Shown here in pieces: positions 1 to 9,248 of a stretch of 64,000 nucleotides of DNA (position 1 is its first letter; each line of letters begins with the position of its first letter). The notes under the pieces were generated by a model, which saw only the letters and a list, made by a program, of their open reading frames with translations, made no database searches and was not told the DNA's origin. The stretch covers positions 393 through 64,392 of the forward strand of contig CAIOUK010000215.1 of assembly GCA_903861445.1 (NCBI GenBank), written 5' to 3'. This DNA comes from an uncultured Verrucomicrobia subdivision 3 bacterium (GTDB lineage: Bacteria > Verrucomicrobiota > Verrucomicrobiia > Limisphaerales > UBA11358). The position numbers were made by a program, and so were the translations under genes.

Positions 1-228
1 AAAGGCACGGCAAGAAGAGTGACTGGAGAATAAAAGCGATGACTAACGCTGCAAAGAGTTGCTTGTAATTCCAACTCTTTGGAACTGCTGGTGTCTGGGC
101 AACATTCATTGGTTTGAGTGTTAACAAAGTCTGACTATCATCGTGATTCGTTAGGTTGGTTAAATTTTCACGTTCCGCTGTGACAAAGTCAATTTCCGCC
201 GTTAAGATGACCGTATAGCGGACACATT

Positions 229-963
229 ATGAAACAGGACAAAACCGTTTCCACCTCGCTCATCAAGGCGCTCGACATCATTTCCTATATGGCCGGCCAT
301 CCGGAAGGCATCCGCCTCGTGGACTTGGTCGCGGGCAGCGGCTTGCCCCGCTCGACGGTCATCCGCATTCTTCAGACGCTTCAAGACTATGGACTGGTGG
401 AAAATTTGGATGCCAGACATTATCAACTTTCCGCGCGCTTCCGGTCGTGGGCGAATCCGGATCGCTACACGGTTTTGCGCAACCGCTACCGTCCGATTTT
501 GCAGGCCATCTCGGCAGAAGTGAAGGAACTCGTCCTGCTTGGCCTGCGGGAGGGAGCGGGCATCATCCACCTTGATTACATTGAATGGGATCACGCCATT
601 CGCGTCGCGCCGACGCCACACACGCGGCATCCGTGGCACAAGCACGCGCTGGGCAAGCTGGCGATGAGTCTTCAGCCCGGCATTCTTGAGCAACTCAAAA
701 ACCACCGACGTCGCGCGGAGATGGCGGAAATTCAGCGCACCGGCGTGGCGTGGAATCGTGAGGAAAGCGAGCCGGGCATGATTGCGCTGGCGACCTGGGG
801 CATGAAGCCGAGTCCGGCAGAACCAATGATTGCGGTGGCGTGGCCGACTTTTCGCTTCACCGAAAAAGCCGCCACGAATGCGATCCGTGTTATTCGCGAA
901 GCTGTGCGGCGAGAAATAAAAACGGCACCGGCTCTCAAGTTGCCAACCGGTAAAGAATTATGA
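229..963 (+). CDS. IclR-family transcriptional regulator
   Basis: ATG at 229. N-terminal winged HTH (LIKALDIISYMAGHPEGIRLVDLVAGSGLPRSTVIRILQTLQDYGLV) followed by a ~170 aa effector-type domain, which is the IclR layout. It converges on the response-regulator gene 6 nt away. Confidence 0.85.
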   Translation: MKQDKTVSTSLIKALDIISYMAGHPEGIRLVDLVAGSGLPRSTVIRILQTLQDYGLVENLDARHYQLSARFRSWANPDRYTVLRNRYRPILQAISAEVKELVLLGLREGAGIIHLDYIEWDHAIRVAPTPHTRHPWHKHALGKLAMSLQPGILEQLKNHRRRAEMAEIQRTGVAWNREESEPGMIALATWGMKPSPAEPMIAVAWPTFRFTEKAATNAIRVIREAVRREIKTAPALKLPTGKEL

Positions 964-969
964 ACGAAA

Positions 970-2334
970 TTATTCGTTTATAATAAACCCGCTATTCCGG
1001 AAACGCTGGAGCTTGTAGAGCAGCGTGCGGCGGCTGATGCCCAGGGCTTTGGCCGTTTCCGTGCGGTTGAAATGATGCTCTTTTAGGGCGGCCAAAATGG
1101 CATCTCGTTCGATGGCTTCGAGCTGCGGTGTTTCATTTATCGTCGCTGGCGGCTGGCTGATAGCAGTAGTTTGTAGACGAGTTGGCAGGTGTTCCGGCAA
1201 AATCACTTCGCTTCGCGAGACCAGCACGGCTCGTTCGATGACATTGCGCAGCTCGCGCACATTGCCCGGCCAGGCATAATTTTCCAGAATCGCCGTCGTC
1301 GCGGCAGAAAGTTGCGCGTTGCCGGGGGAAAATTCTTTCAGGAACAAATTGGCCAGCGGCAAAATATCTTCGCGCCGTTCGCGCAACGGCGGCACGTTCA
1401 ACTCCACGACATTCAGCCGGTAAAATAAATCTTCACGGAAACGGCCCGCCTTCACCTCGTCTTCGAGATTACGATTGCTGGCGGCGAGCACGCGGGCGTC
1501 GGTGTGGATTTCGCGATTCGAACCAACGCGCTGAAATTTTCCGTCCTGCGTCACCCGCAGCAGCCGCGCCTGTAGGGCAGGGGACATCTCGGCGATTTCA
1601 TCCAGAAAAATCGTGCCGCCCTTGGCCTCTTCAAAACGGCCGATGCGCTGCGCCGTCGCGCCGGTGAACGCGCCTTTTTCGTGCCCGAACAATTCGCTTT
1701 CCAGCAGCGTTTCGGGAATCGCCGCGCAGTTGACTTTGACGAGCGGCCCGTTGGCGCGCGCGCTCCAAGCATGGAGCAGGTCGGCCACTACTTCCTTGCC
1801 CACGCCGCTTTCGCCGGTGATGAACACACGCGTGTCGGACGCCGCGATGAGCGCGATGTCTTGAAACAAAGTTGTCATCAGCGGACTGTGCGCGGCGATG
1901 TGCGGCGGTAGTTTTTTCTCCGCGCCCAAATTCAACGGCGTGGTTGCCGCCAGCCCAGTGGCTTGCCGGACAGTGGCAAGCAATTCATCCAGATCAATCG
2001 GCTTGGCGAGATAGTTCAGCGCGCCGTCGCGCATCGCGCCCACGGCTTCGCGGATGTCGGCGTAGGCGGTGACGAGCAGGACGGGCAGCGTGAAATGCTG
2101 TTCGCGCAGCCGGCGCAACGTTTCCAGGCCGGACAGCCCGGTCATCCGCACGTCAGAAATCATCAGGGAAAATTTCTCCTTCGCCAGCAGCTCCAGCGCG
2201 CGTTCGCCGGAATCCGCCAGCGTGGTGACGAAGCTCTGGCTGCGCAGAAAGGAATCCAGCAGACTGCGCTGGCCGGCGTCATCATCCACGACGAGGATGC
2301 GCGGCGGTGCGGTTTTGCGTTCGTCCAAAGCCAT
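970..2334 (-). CDS. sigma54-dependent response regulator (NtrC/PilR-type enhancer-binding protein)
   Basis: REC domain (ILVVDDD...SDVRMTGLSG). AAA+ sigma54-interaction module with Walker A GESGVGKE and the GAFTGA loop. C-terminal Fis-type HTH (TAKALGISRRTLLYKL). Confidence 0.95.
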   Translation of the reverse strand: MALDERKTAPPRILVVDDDAGQRSLLDSFLRSQSFVTTLADSGERALELLAKEKFSLMISDVRMTGLSGLETLRRLREQHFTLPVLLVTAYADIREAVGAMRDGALNYLAKPIDLDELLATVRQATGLAATTPLNLGAEKKLPPHIAAHSPLMTTLFQDIALIAASDTRVFITGESGVGKEVVADLLHAWSARANGPLVKVNCAAIPETLLESELFGHEKGAFTGATAQRIGRFEEAKGGTIFLDEIAEMSPALQARLLRVTQDGKFQRVGSNREIHTDARVLAASNRNLEDEVKAGRFREDLFYRLNVVELNVPPLRERREDILPLANLFLKEFSPGNAQLSAATTAILENYAWPGNVRELRNVIERAVLVSRSEVILPEHLPTRLQTTAISQPPATINETPQLEAIERDAILAALKEHHFNRTETAKALGISRRTLLYKLQRFRNSGFIINE

Positions 2335-2364
2335 GCGGCAAATTAGCCGAAGCCCCGCGCCGCG

Positions 2365-3921
2365 TCACGCCGCGAGTTTGAGGTGGCTGATGCGGAAAAT
2401 CGCGCCGCGCGGCTCGTTCGGCAGGCACGCGATTTCCCAGCCGTGCAGCAAAACAATTTGCGAAACCACCGCGAGGCCGAGGCCGGTGCCTGTTTGGTTC
2501 GTCGTGAAATAGGGCTTGAAAATTTCCTGCCGTTTGTCCGCCAGCACGCCGGGGCCGTCGTCGCGGATTTCCAGAATCGCCTCCGTGGCGTTCGCGCGAC
2601 GCACTTCGATTTTTATCTGTCCGGCGGTGCCGACCGCGTGCGTGGCGTTGATGAGCAGGTTGAACAGCACTTGCCGCAATAATTGTTCATCGGCTTCAAC
2701 CGCCAGCGGTTCACCGCCGACTTCCACACGTAACTTTTTCTCCTCGATGTCGTAGCCGAGCGTGCGGACGATTTCCGAACAAGCCGCCGTGAGCGCCACC
2801 TTCGTGCGCCGGACTTCGCGCGGCTTGGAATAATTTATGAACTCAGTCAACTGCGCCGTCACCTTGTCGGTTTCGTCCACGATGATTTTTGATTTCTCGC
2901 GCACTTCCGTCGCCGCGTCCGGCAAACGGGCGATTAGCTGCGCCTGCCCGCGAATTAAATTGAGCGGATTGCGCGTTTCGTGCGCGAGACCGGCGGCGGC
3001 GAGGTTCATTTCCTTGAGGTGTGAATTGAGTTCGCTCGCGCGCACGAGGCGGATTTGCAATTCCGCCGTGCGCCGCACATTGCGCCACGCGAGGCCGACG
3101 CCGAGCGCGGAAATGCCGGCGAACAAAACAATGACAGCACGCAGCCACAGATCGCGCGTGCCGATAGCATGGAAATTTTCAGTGGACATCGCCAGCACGA
3201 GGCCGTGCAGCTCGCGCTTGGCGGCGAGCGTCTTGAACTCGGTGTCGGTCATTCCGCGCATCCACGGCGGGCGATGAGTGCCGCCATGCGGGTGTTCGCC
3301 GTCCGGCGGCGGCGCGGGCGCAGCGATTTCTCCGGCAGCATTGGTGGGCGGCGGTAAATTTGTCGGCGGCAATTCCGGCGCGTTGGTGTTCCAAGCGCCG
3401 CGGTCACGCCGGAAAAATTCCCGGCTGCGCTCGGTCCCATTGGTCAACAGGTTGCGAAAGGAAGGCAGCACGACGGTGGCGTTGTTGGTCTCGCCTTCAG
3501 GGGTGACGCTGGCGCCGGCCACCGGCAAAACGAAGGTCACGCCGCCGCCGGACCAGCGTTCGCGGTCGGCGAGCAGTTTGCGGGAAATCAGATTCGTGTC
3601 ACCGGCAATGACGACGGGATCGCCGTCGGTGTTCAGCAGGCCGATGGCGAGCAAGCCGCTGGTGCTGACAAAACTGTTGGTATGACTGCTGACAAGTTCG
3701 TTCAGGACGGGTTCGAGGCGATCCTGAAACAGCGCGCCGCGAAACCGCAGCGCGCGCGTGACGGCGCTTAAGGTGCTGGCGATTTCCCGCGAGCGGTTGC
3801 GGAGGTCGGACTTCGCGGCCTCGACCACGCGCAGATGTTCTTCCACCTGCCAGCCAACGACGAGCAGCCACGCGCCGGCAAGCAGGCCGAAGACCCAGCG
3901 GCGTTGGCGTTGCGTTTCCAT
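2365..3921 (-). CDS. sensor histidine kinase (two TM segments flanking a periplasmic-looking domain)
   Basis: N-terminal TM (VFGLLAGAWLLVVGW), a ~230 aa Pro-rich extracytoplasmic segment and a second TM (AVIVLFAGISALGVGLAW). H-box LAHETRNPLNLI and HATPase boxes NLLINATHA, DDGPGV, GTGLGLAV. Lies 30 nt upstream of the activator gene. Confidence 0.9.
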   Translation of the reverse strand: METQRQRRWVFGLLAGAWLLVVGWQVEEHLRVVEAAKSDLRNRSREIASTLSAVTRALRFRGALFQDRLEPVLNELVSSHTNSFVSTSGLLAIGLLNTDGDPVVIAGDTNLISRKLLADRERWSGGGVTFVLPVAGASVTPEGETNNATVVLPSFRNLLTNGTERSREFFRRDRGAWNTNAPELPPTNLPPPTNAAGEIAAPAPPPDGEHPHGGTHRPPWMRGMTDTEFKTLAAKRELHGLVLAMSTENFHAIGTRDLWLRAVIVLFAGISALGVGLAWRNVRRTAELQIRLVRASELNSHLKEMNLAAAGLAHETRNPLNLIRGQAQLIARLPDAATEVREKSKIIVDETDKVTAQLTEFINYSKPREVRRTKVALTAACSEIVRTLGYDIEEKKLRVEVGGEPLAVEADEQLLRQVLFNLLINATHAVGTAGQIKIEVRRANATEAILEIRDDGPGVLADKRQEIFKPYFTTNQTGTGLGLAVVSQIVLLHGWEIACLPNEPRGAIFRISHLKLAA

Positions 3922-3963
3922 TTTCGGTTTCAGTCTGGCGCGGTTTTGGTGAAAGACAATTTC

Positions 3964-5259
3964 CTAATTTTTCTTCACCGGCAGGCGGTCGAGGAAATGG
4001 TTTAGTTCCAGTTCAGGAATGGAATTGGTGATCATCTGCGACTGGCCGGTTTCGTGGCCGGACAAGGCAGCAAGCTGTTCCGGCGCGCGAACGATATGCG
4101 GCGTGAGAAAAATTAGCAGCTCGCTCTTCGTGCTCGACTTGGCGCTGAACTTAAACAACTGGCCAAGCAACGGGATGTCGCCGAGTAGCGGAATTTTACT
4201 GTCGTTGGACGATTTGTCGCTGCCGATGAGTCCGCCGATGACGACCGGCTGGCCGTCCGGCGTCACGACCACGGTGTTGGCGGAACGCTTGTTGATGTTG
4301 GGCGCATACACGGCGGAAGAAATCACGCTGCCGCCTTCAATCACCTGGCCGGGCGTCGAGTTGTCAATGGACGTGATTTGCGGCTGGAGAATCATTTGCA
4401 CCAGACTGTTCGCACCGATGAATGGTGTCACGTCCAGTTGGATGCCGACATTTTGATAACTGCCGTTGATGGTCGGCACCGTCGTGACGCTGTTGCCAAC
4501 GGTGGTGAAGCTGACGCCGCTCGGCAGATAAATGCTCTGGCCGACGACGATTTCCGCCTGCTGGCCGTCGCGCGCGAGGATGGACGGACGCGACAACACC
4601 TGCGCCTTGCCGGCGGTGGCGAGGGCCTGAATGGTTGCCGTGAAATCGTTGCCGGTAAGTTGCGCAAAACCGCCGGTGCCGGTCGCGCCCGCCAACGCCT
4701 GCGGCAGGCCAAAATTGTTGCCCGCGCTCACGCTGGAATAGACCGGCGTGATGCTGGAAGGCACAACTGCCGCCGTAGCCGTGCCTGGATTTGCAACCGA
4801 AAAATTTGTGGCATACCCGGAGAGCTGCGAAAAATTATTATTCAGCCCGGTGTAATTACCCTGCACGCCGATGGCGGATGCCTTGTTGTCCGTCACCTCG
4901 ACAAAGACCACCTTGATGAGCACCTGTGGCACGGGCGCGTCGAGGTTGGCGATGACGTTGCTGATCTGCTGGCTCGTCTCCTCGTCCGCGATGACGACGA
5001 GATTATGCGTCACTGGATCCACGGAAATGACCGCGTTGCCCACCGTGCCGTTGTTGTTGTATTGGCCGGAGGTGGTGCTGCTACTGCTGCTGCGACTGGA
5101 ACTACTCCCGCCGCCAAAGCCGCCAAACCCACCGAAGCCACCAAACCCGCCGCCGCCGAAACCGCTGCCGCCGCGTGACTGCGCGTGAACCATCAGCGCG
5201 GCACCCAGCCAGAGCGCCAGCACGACTCCGTAATTTTTATTGAAAAGTTTTGTCTTCAT
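3964..5259 (-). CDS. secretin, C-terminal half (own signal peptide, partial N3-type repeat, pore-forming secretin domain)
   Basis: GGAG sits 8 nt before ATG 5259. Signal peptide MKTKLFNKNYGVVLALWLGAALMVHAQ, then a G/F/S low-complexity stretch, then AVISVDPVTHNLVVIADEETSQQISNVIANLD (the beta-beta-alpha of an N-type repeat). The canonical secretin C-domain follows, ending SKIPLLGDIPLLGQLFKF...SELLIFLTPHIV. Confidence 0.85.
   Translation of the reverse strand: MKTKLFNKNYGVVLALWLGAALMVHAQSRGGSGFGGGGFGGFGGFGGFGGGSSSSRSSSSSTTSGQYNNNGTVGNAVISVDPVTHNLVVIADEETSQQISNVIANLDAPVPQVLIKVVFVEVTDNKASAIGVQGNYTGLNNNFSQLSGYATNFSVANPGTATAAVVPSSITPVYSSVSAGNNFGLPQALAGATGTGGFAQLTGNDFTATIQALATAGKAQVLSRPSILARDGQQAEIVVGQSIYLPSGVSFTTVGNSVTTVPTINGSYQNVGIQLDVTPFIGANSLVQMILQPQITSIDNSTPGQVIEGGSVISSAVYAPNINKRSANTVVVTPDGQPVVIGGLIGSDKSSNDSKIPLLGDIPLLGQLFKFSAKSSTKSELLIFLTPHIVRAPEQLAALSGHETGQSQMITNSIPELELNHFLDRLPVKKN
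5107..5172 (-). repeat. GFG-type coding microsatellite (GGSGFGGGGFGGFGGFGGFGGG) at the mature N-terminus of the secretin C-half
   Basis: Plus strand reads ccgccaaagccgccaaacccaccgaagccaccaaacccgccgccgccgaaaccgct, reiterated 9-nt GFG units. A poly-Ser run follows (SSSSRSSSSSTTS). Confidence 0.7.
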
Positions 5260-5286
5260 ATTTTTTTCTCCGGTTGAATGGCCAAA

Positions 5287-6663
5287 TTAAAATTGCGGGC
5301 TGCCACCGTTGCGGCCGCTGCCGCCAATACTCGACGTGCCTGAACTCGTGGTTGTGCCGGTGGCCGTGGTGTTGTTCTGCGCGCGCTGCATCAACGCGCT
5401 GTTCTGCGACGAACTGCTGCCGCTGCTGCGTGAGCCGCTGGTCTGGAACATATTTTGCAGCACCTGTGCCGCCTGCTGCGGGTCGCCGTTGTTCATGTGG
5501 AACACATAAACTTTCTGGTCGCGCGTCGAAGGCACGTCGAGATCGGTCATCATATCCGCGATCTGCTCCATCAATTCCTTTGGCGCGGTCACGATGACCG
5601 CCTGAATGCGCGCATCCGCCACCGCGTTCACCTGCGTCGCTTTTTTGACGCGGTCGCTGGAAGAACTGCCGCCTGACGTTCCGCCCGCCGCCCCGCTCAT
5701 CATCCGTGAAAAGAAACTGCTTCGCCCGCCGCCTTCGCCGCCGCGAAAGCTGATGGGCGACTGCGCGCCGCCGCCGGAACCACCGCCGCTCGGAAACACG
5801 CTTTCGATTTCCGCCGCCACGTCCGTCGGACTGGCGTGCTTGAGCCGGAACACGCGGATTTCCGTCTCCGCCTCCGCGCTGTCGTCAATCGCTTTGATGA
5901 TTTCCGTGAGGTGCCGGATGTTCGCCTGCGTGTCAGTGATGACCACCGAGTTGCCCGCCTCGTTCGCCACGACCGTCGCCTGCGGCGAGACAAACGACGT
6001 CAGATCCGAAACCAGTTGCCGCGCCTCGACAAAGCGGATGGGAATGATCTGCGTCACAATTTCCGCGTTGTTCGGAATATCTTCCGGATTGTTGCCGCTC
6101 TTCACCGGAATATTGCGCGTCTTTGCGTCGTTTTTGTCCACGATGGTCAGCGTGCGGCCGTTGCGGATGGCCGCGTAGCCATTTTTATTCAACACGGCGT
6201 TCAGCAGATTAACCGCTTCGTCGCGCGTCAGGTGTTTGCCGACAACGGACACAGAGCCGTTGACGCGCGTGTCTTGCACGATGACGAACCCCGCCGCGTC
6301 GCTCAAGTAATTCAACACCATTTCCAGCGGCGCATTGCGAAAGTTCAAATCCAAATCATTGCCGTTCGTGCCCGTTGCCTGTGCGGGCGGAACAAAAGTT
6401 GCGCCGACGGCCGGCGCGACAGCGGATTTGCCGCTCGCCGGCAAAATCACCATCGGCCCGGCATTGGTTGAAGTGGGCACCGCTGCGGTTGGCGGAGTTT
6501 GATTACTGCCTGTTTCCGGAAGCGATCCGTCATCCGAGTCAGCAGCCTCGGCGCGCGGTGGCGGTGGCGGATTGTTATCCGTCGGTGGATTTTCTTGGGC
6601 GGTGGCGGCGACCAGCCAGCCCGCAACGCCCAATGCAAATAAGCTTAAGCTTGTGTTTTTCAT
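5287..6663 (-). CDS. secretin, N-terminal half (signal peptide, N0-like domain, two NolW/N1-N2-like repeats, first part of an N3 repeat)
   Basis: Signal peptide MKNTSLSLFALGVAGWLVAATAQ. N0-like LDLNFRNAPLEMVLNYLSDAAGFVIV...RTLTIV. Repeats IIPIRFVEARQLVSDL...VVITDTQANIRHLTEIIKAID and IRVFRLKHASPTDVAAEIESVF...AVIVTAPKELMEQIADMMTDLD. Then VYVFHMNNGDPQQAAQVLQNMF, an S/G/T-rich tail and TAA. Confidence 0.85.
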   Translation of the reverse strand: MKNTSLSLFALGVAGWLVAATAQENPPTDNNPPPPPRAEAADSDDGSLPETGSNQTPPTAAVPTSTNAGPMVILPASGKSAVAPAVGATFVPPAQATGTNGNDLDLNFRNAPLEMVLNYLSDAAGFVIVQDTRVNGSVSVVGKHLTRDEAVNLLNAVLNKNGYAAIRNGRTLTIVDKNDAKTRNIPVKSGNNPEDIPNNAEIVTQIIPIRFVEARQLVSDLTSFVSPQATVVANEAGNSVVITDTQANIRHLTEIIKAIDDSAEAETEIRVFRLKHASPTDVAAEIESVFPSGGGSGGGAQSPISFRGGEGGGRSSFFSRMMSGAAGGTSGGSSSSDRVKKATQVNAVADARIQAVIVTAPKELMEQIADMMTDLDVPSTRDQKVYVFHMNNGDPQQAAQVLQNMFQTSGSRSSGSSSSQNSALMQRAQNNTTATGTTTSSGTSSIGGSGRNGGSPQF

Positions 6664-7268
6664 TGTAATTCCTTTGCTTTTTTTTCCATCAGTCGTTTCA
6701 AAACATCATTCTGCCCCAGCGCCGACGAAGGTGCCGCCACTGGAATTTCCGTGCCGGATGTGCCGCCGGCGACGGGCGCGTTCACACTGGTGCTGGCGGA
6801 GATTTCGTCCGCACCCGCCCATTCCCACTTGCCGTTTTCCTGACGCACCACGTCGCCGACTTTTAATGTCAGCTTGTCGGCCTGATTCGTAGTCTCCAGC
6901 GTCACGCCGCCCGGAGTGATTTTCGTCACCGTGTAACCCGCAATTTTCTGTGCGACGGGCAAAACCTGTTTCAACTCATCACGGTTACCGCTGAAAAAAG
7001 CGAACAACCCTTTTTGATAATTCATCGTGCCGACAAAAGTGAAAGCCGGCGCCGCCGCCGAAACATGTGTGTGCGTCACGCGCGTCCGCGTCCGCGTCGA
7101 GACATAATGCGGCTGGCGATTCGGATCAAAAATATTCCGGTCCGTGACGAACCGGCTGAACGCCGCATAATCCGTCGCGCCGGGAACCCCATTGTTCGTC
7201 TGCGCGAACGCATCACTGACGCCAGCCAACGCGAGTGCCAAAATGATTTTTGCGGGTAGCGGTTTCAT
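6660..7268 (-). CDS. PilP/GspC-like periplasmic secretin-interacting protein
   Basis: Signal peptide MKPLPAKIILALALAGVSDAFAQ and an RNIFDP motif (compare RDPF in PilP/GspC). A small beta domain follows: FTFVGTMNYQKGLFAFFSG...IAGYTVTKITPGGVTLE. 4-nt overlaps with both neighbours. The family assignment is by motif and position only. Confidence 0.55.
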   Translation of the reverse strand: MKPLPAKIILALALAGVSDAFAQTNNGVPGATDYAAFSRFVTDRNIFDPNRQPHYVSTRTRTRVTHTHVSAAAPAFTFVGTMNYQKGLFAFFSGNRDELKQVLPVAQKIAGYTVTKITPGGVTLETTNQADKLTLKVGDVVRQENGKWEWAGADEISASTSVNAPVAGGTSGTEIPVAAPSSALGQNDVLKRLMEKKAKELQ

Positions 7269-7837
7269 TTTTTATCCGGCGGCAGCAGCGCCAGCCCGTT
7301 GATTTCAGTGCTCAAAGTCATTTGCTGACCTTCCTTGTCGCGCGCCGTGAGTTCCAGCGAATCCAGCCGCAGCGCGAGCGGCCCGCGCTCCAGATCGTAA
7401 AGAAACTGGCTCAACGTGCCGAGGGTGCCCGATGTTTCCACACGGCACGTCAGCGTCATATAATTGGTGGACTCATTTTTCCATTGCGGCATCAGGCTCG
7501 TCACTTCCGCGCCGCTGCTGCGCGACCAGCCGTCCACCGCCGTCAGCAATTTTTGCTCCGCGAGCGAGGTGTTCGCCGGCAGCGCATTCACCGTCATGTC
7601 CCGCCAGCGGCTGCGGATGCTGGCTTCACGCTGGAGCAGCCGGTTGCCGTCGGTCACCTTGGTTCGCAAATCCTTGACCTGCGCCTGCCGCGCCGACCAC
7701 CAGCCGCCGAGCGGTGCGAGGACAAAATCTACGCCCACCAGCAACGCAAGCGCTGCGGCGGTCAGCACCACGAGAAATTCCTGACGATTCTTAATTTTCA
7801 CTGCCGCCTCCGTTGTTAAAGTTGAAGCCAAATACAA
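7265..7837 (-). CDS. PilO/GspM-like bitopic inner-membrane assembly protein
   Basis: Single TM (FLVVLTAAALALLVGVDFVLAPL), a coiled-coil-like segment and a ~100 aa periplasmic domain. It sits after the PilM-PilN fusion. An alternative GTG start at 7801 (VKIKNRQEF) would reduce the 47-nt overlap to 11 nt. Confidence 0.55.
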   Translation of the reverse strand: MYLASTLTTEAAVKIKNRQEFLVVLTAAALALLVGVDFVLAPLGGWWSARQAQVKDLRTKVTDGNRLLQREASIRSRWRDMTVNALPANTSLAEQKLLTAVDGWSRSSGAEVTSLMPQWKNESTNYMTLTCRVETSGTLGTLSQFLYDLERGPLALRLDSLELTARDKEGQQMTLSTEINGLALLPPDKK

Positions 7838-9248
7838 ACTGCATCGGCGCCTTGCCGCGAATCTGCTGGAGCTTCACGCCGCTCACACCGTCCGCCGTGC
7901 GCAGTTTGGCTTGCATTGCCAGCAACGCCGCATAATCACGCGCCGTGCCGGAGCAGGTCACCGTGCCGCCATCGCGCACCACAATATTTTTCGCCGTCAC
8001 CGAGCCGTCCTCGGGAAACGCCAGCGACAACTGCCGCAGAATCGAAAGATTTTTGAATGAGCCATCATACCACGGGCGATACTGCCGGATGTTGTTTTGA
8101 ATCGCCGACAACTCGCCGACCTTCACCGCCATGCGCGACCACTGCGAGCGGTAATGCCAGAGTTGAATCTGCTGGAATAAAAATATCGCGAGGAAAATGG
8201 CGGCCACGCCCGCCGCCACCGCGCCCGTCGTCCGAAACCGGCCGGAAGAATATTTGGCGACGAACTGTTCGAGGAAATTCGGCTTCGGCGGCAAAAATTC
8301 AAACGCCAATTTTTGCTCTGCCAAAAAACGCGCCGCCAGACTGAATGCCGGCGACAAAGTCGCTTCCACCGGCAGCGTCACGCCGAATTCCTCCGGCGCG
8401 TAGGCCGCAATGATTTCCACTTTCAAGCCCATCGGCTCGAAGCGCAGATCCAACTCGTCCGTCAACGGCTGCGCCAGTTCGCGCGGGCCAAAGATGCGGA
8501 TGCGCTTCACCGCATCGCGCAATTCGCCCGGTAACTGGCCGAGCGTGACGCGCACTTCGCGCGCCACCACATCCGCGTGCAGCGTGCGCCGCCCCGCTTC
8601 ATCTTCGACCGCGCCGGCGAGCGACCGCAGCGCCGCCATGCCGCCGCCCGCCGTGATTTGCAGGCCGACGTCCGTTTCGCCAATCGCCAGCGCCAGCACG
8701 CCGCCGGATTTTTCCGAGCCGACAAATTGCAGCGCAGAAATTACGGGGGCAAAACTGACCGGCTTCAGTTTTGCCGCCGCCAAAACATTTTCCAGTGCCG
8801 CGAGGTGCGCGCTGGGAATGCCCGCGAACAAAACATTTTTTTTGCCATCCGCCAGCGGCGTCCGTGAATCGCCTATTTGCAACGTTGCCGCGTCCGTGTG
8901 AAAACTTTTTTCCGCTTCGAGTTGCAGCAGGCTCGCCGCGTCCGCGTCCGGCAGCGGCGGCAGCTCGGTCTGCGCCGTCAACACCCATTTCAGCGGCACG
9001 CCGAAAACGCAGTTGCGCTCGCGCACGCCGGCGGCCTCGAGGTGATTGCGGATTTCGCGCCCGACGAGTTCCGGCGCGGCGGTGAGCGGATCCAGCGCGA
9101 GCGTCACGGAAAACTTTTGCAGCACGGCCAGCGAACCGTTCGTGCGCTTGAGCACCACACCCTCCAGTTTGCTGCCGTCCAGCGCGAGGCCGAGCAGCGA
9201 GGTCAGCTTTTTGCCTTGGCCGAATTTAAATTTGAAATCAGGTTTCAT
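7791..9248 (-). CDS. PilM-PilN fusion (GspL-like): cytoplasmic actin-like domain, TM segment, periplasmic PilN-like domain
   Basis: N-terminal PilM-like region (LGLALDGSKLEGVVLKR...LLQLEAEKSFH...LAALENVLAAAKLKPVSFAPVISAL). TM AVAAGVAAIFLAIFLF. C-terminal ~120 aa PilN/GspL-periplasmic-like domain. Confidence 0.65.
   Translation of the reverse strand: MKPDFKFKFGQGKKLTSLLGLALDGSKLEGVVLKRTNGSLAVLQKFSVTLALDPLTAAPELVGREIRNHLEAAGVRERNCVFGVPLKWVLTAQTELPPLPDADAASLLQLEAEKSFHTDAATLQIGDSRTPLADGKKNVLFAGIPSAHLAALENVLAAAKLKPVSFAPVISALQFVGSEKSGGVLALAIGETDVGLQITAGGGMAALRSLAGAVEDEAGRRTLHADVVAREVRVTLGQLPGELRDAVKRIRIFGPRELAQPLTDELDLRFEPMGLKVEIIAAYAPEEFGVTLPVEATLSPAFSLAARFLAEQKLAFEFLPPKPNFLEQFVAKYSSGRFRTTGAVAAGVAAIFLAIFLFQQIQLWHYRSQWSRMAVKVGELSAIQNNIRQYRPWYDGSFKNLSILRQLSLAFPEDGSVTAKNIVVRDGGTVTCSGTARDYAALLAMQAKLRTADGVSGVKLQQIRGKAPMQFVFGFNFNNGGGSEN

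Noticed and set aside
1-109. A possible minus-strand gene start (ATG 109-107, MNVAQTPAVPKSWNYKQLFAALVIAFILQSLFLPCL...) running off the left edge
   Set aside because: Only 36 codons are visible, there is no ribosome-binding site and I cannot assign a family. That is too little evidence to call.
5260-5289. The split secretin explained as a sequencing error or a recent pseudogene
   Set aside because: The downstream half has its own GGAG, its own ATG and a well-formed hydrophobic signal peptide, none of which belongs inside a secretin. I still list read-level verification as the key test.
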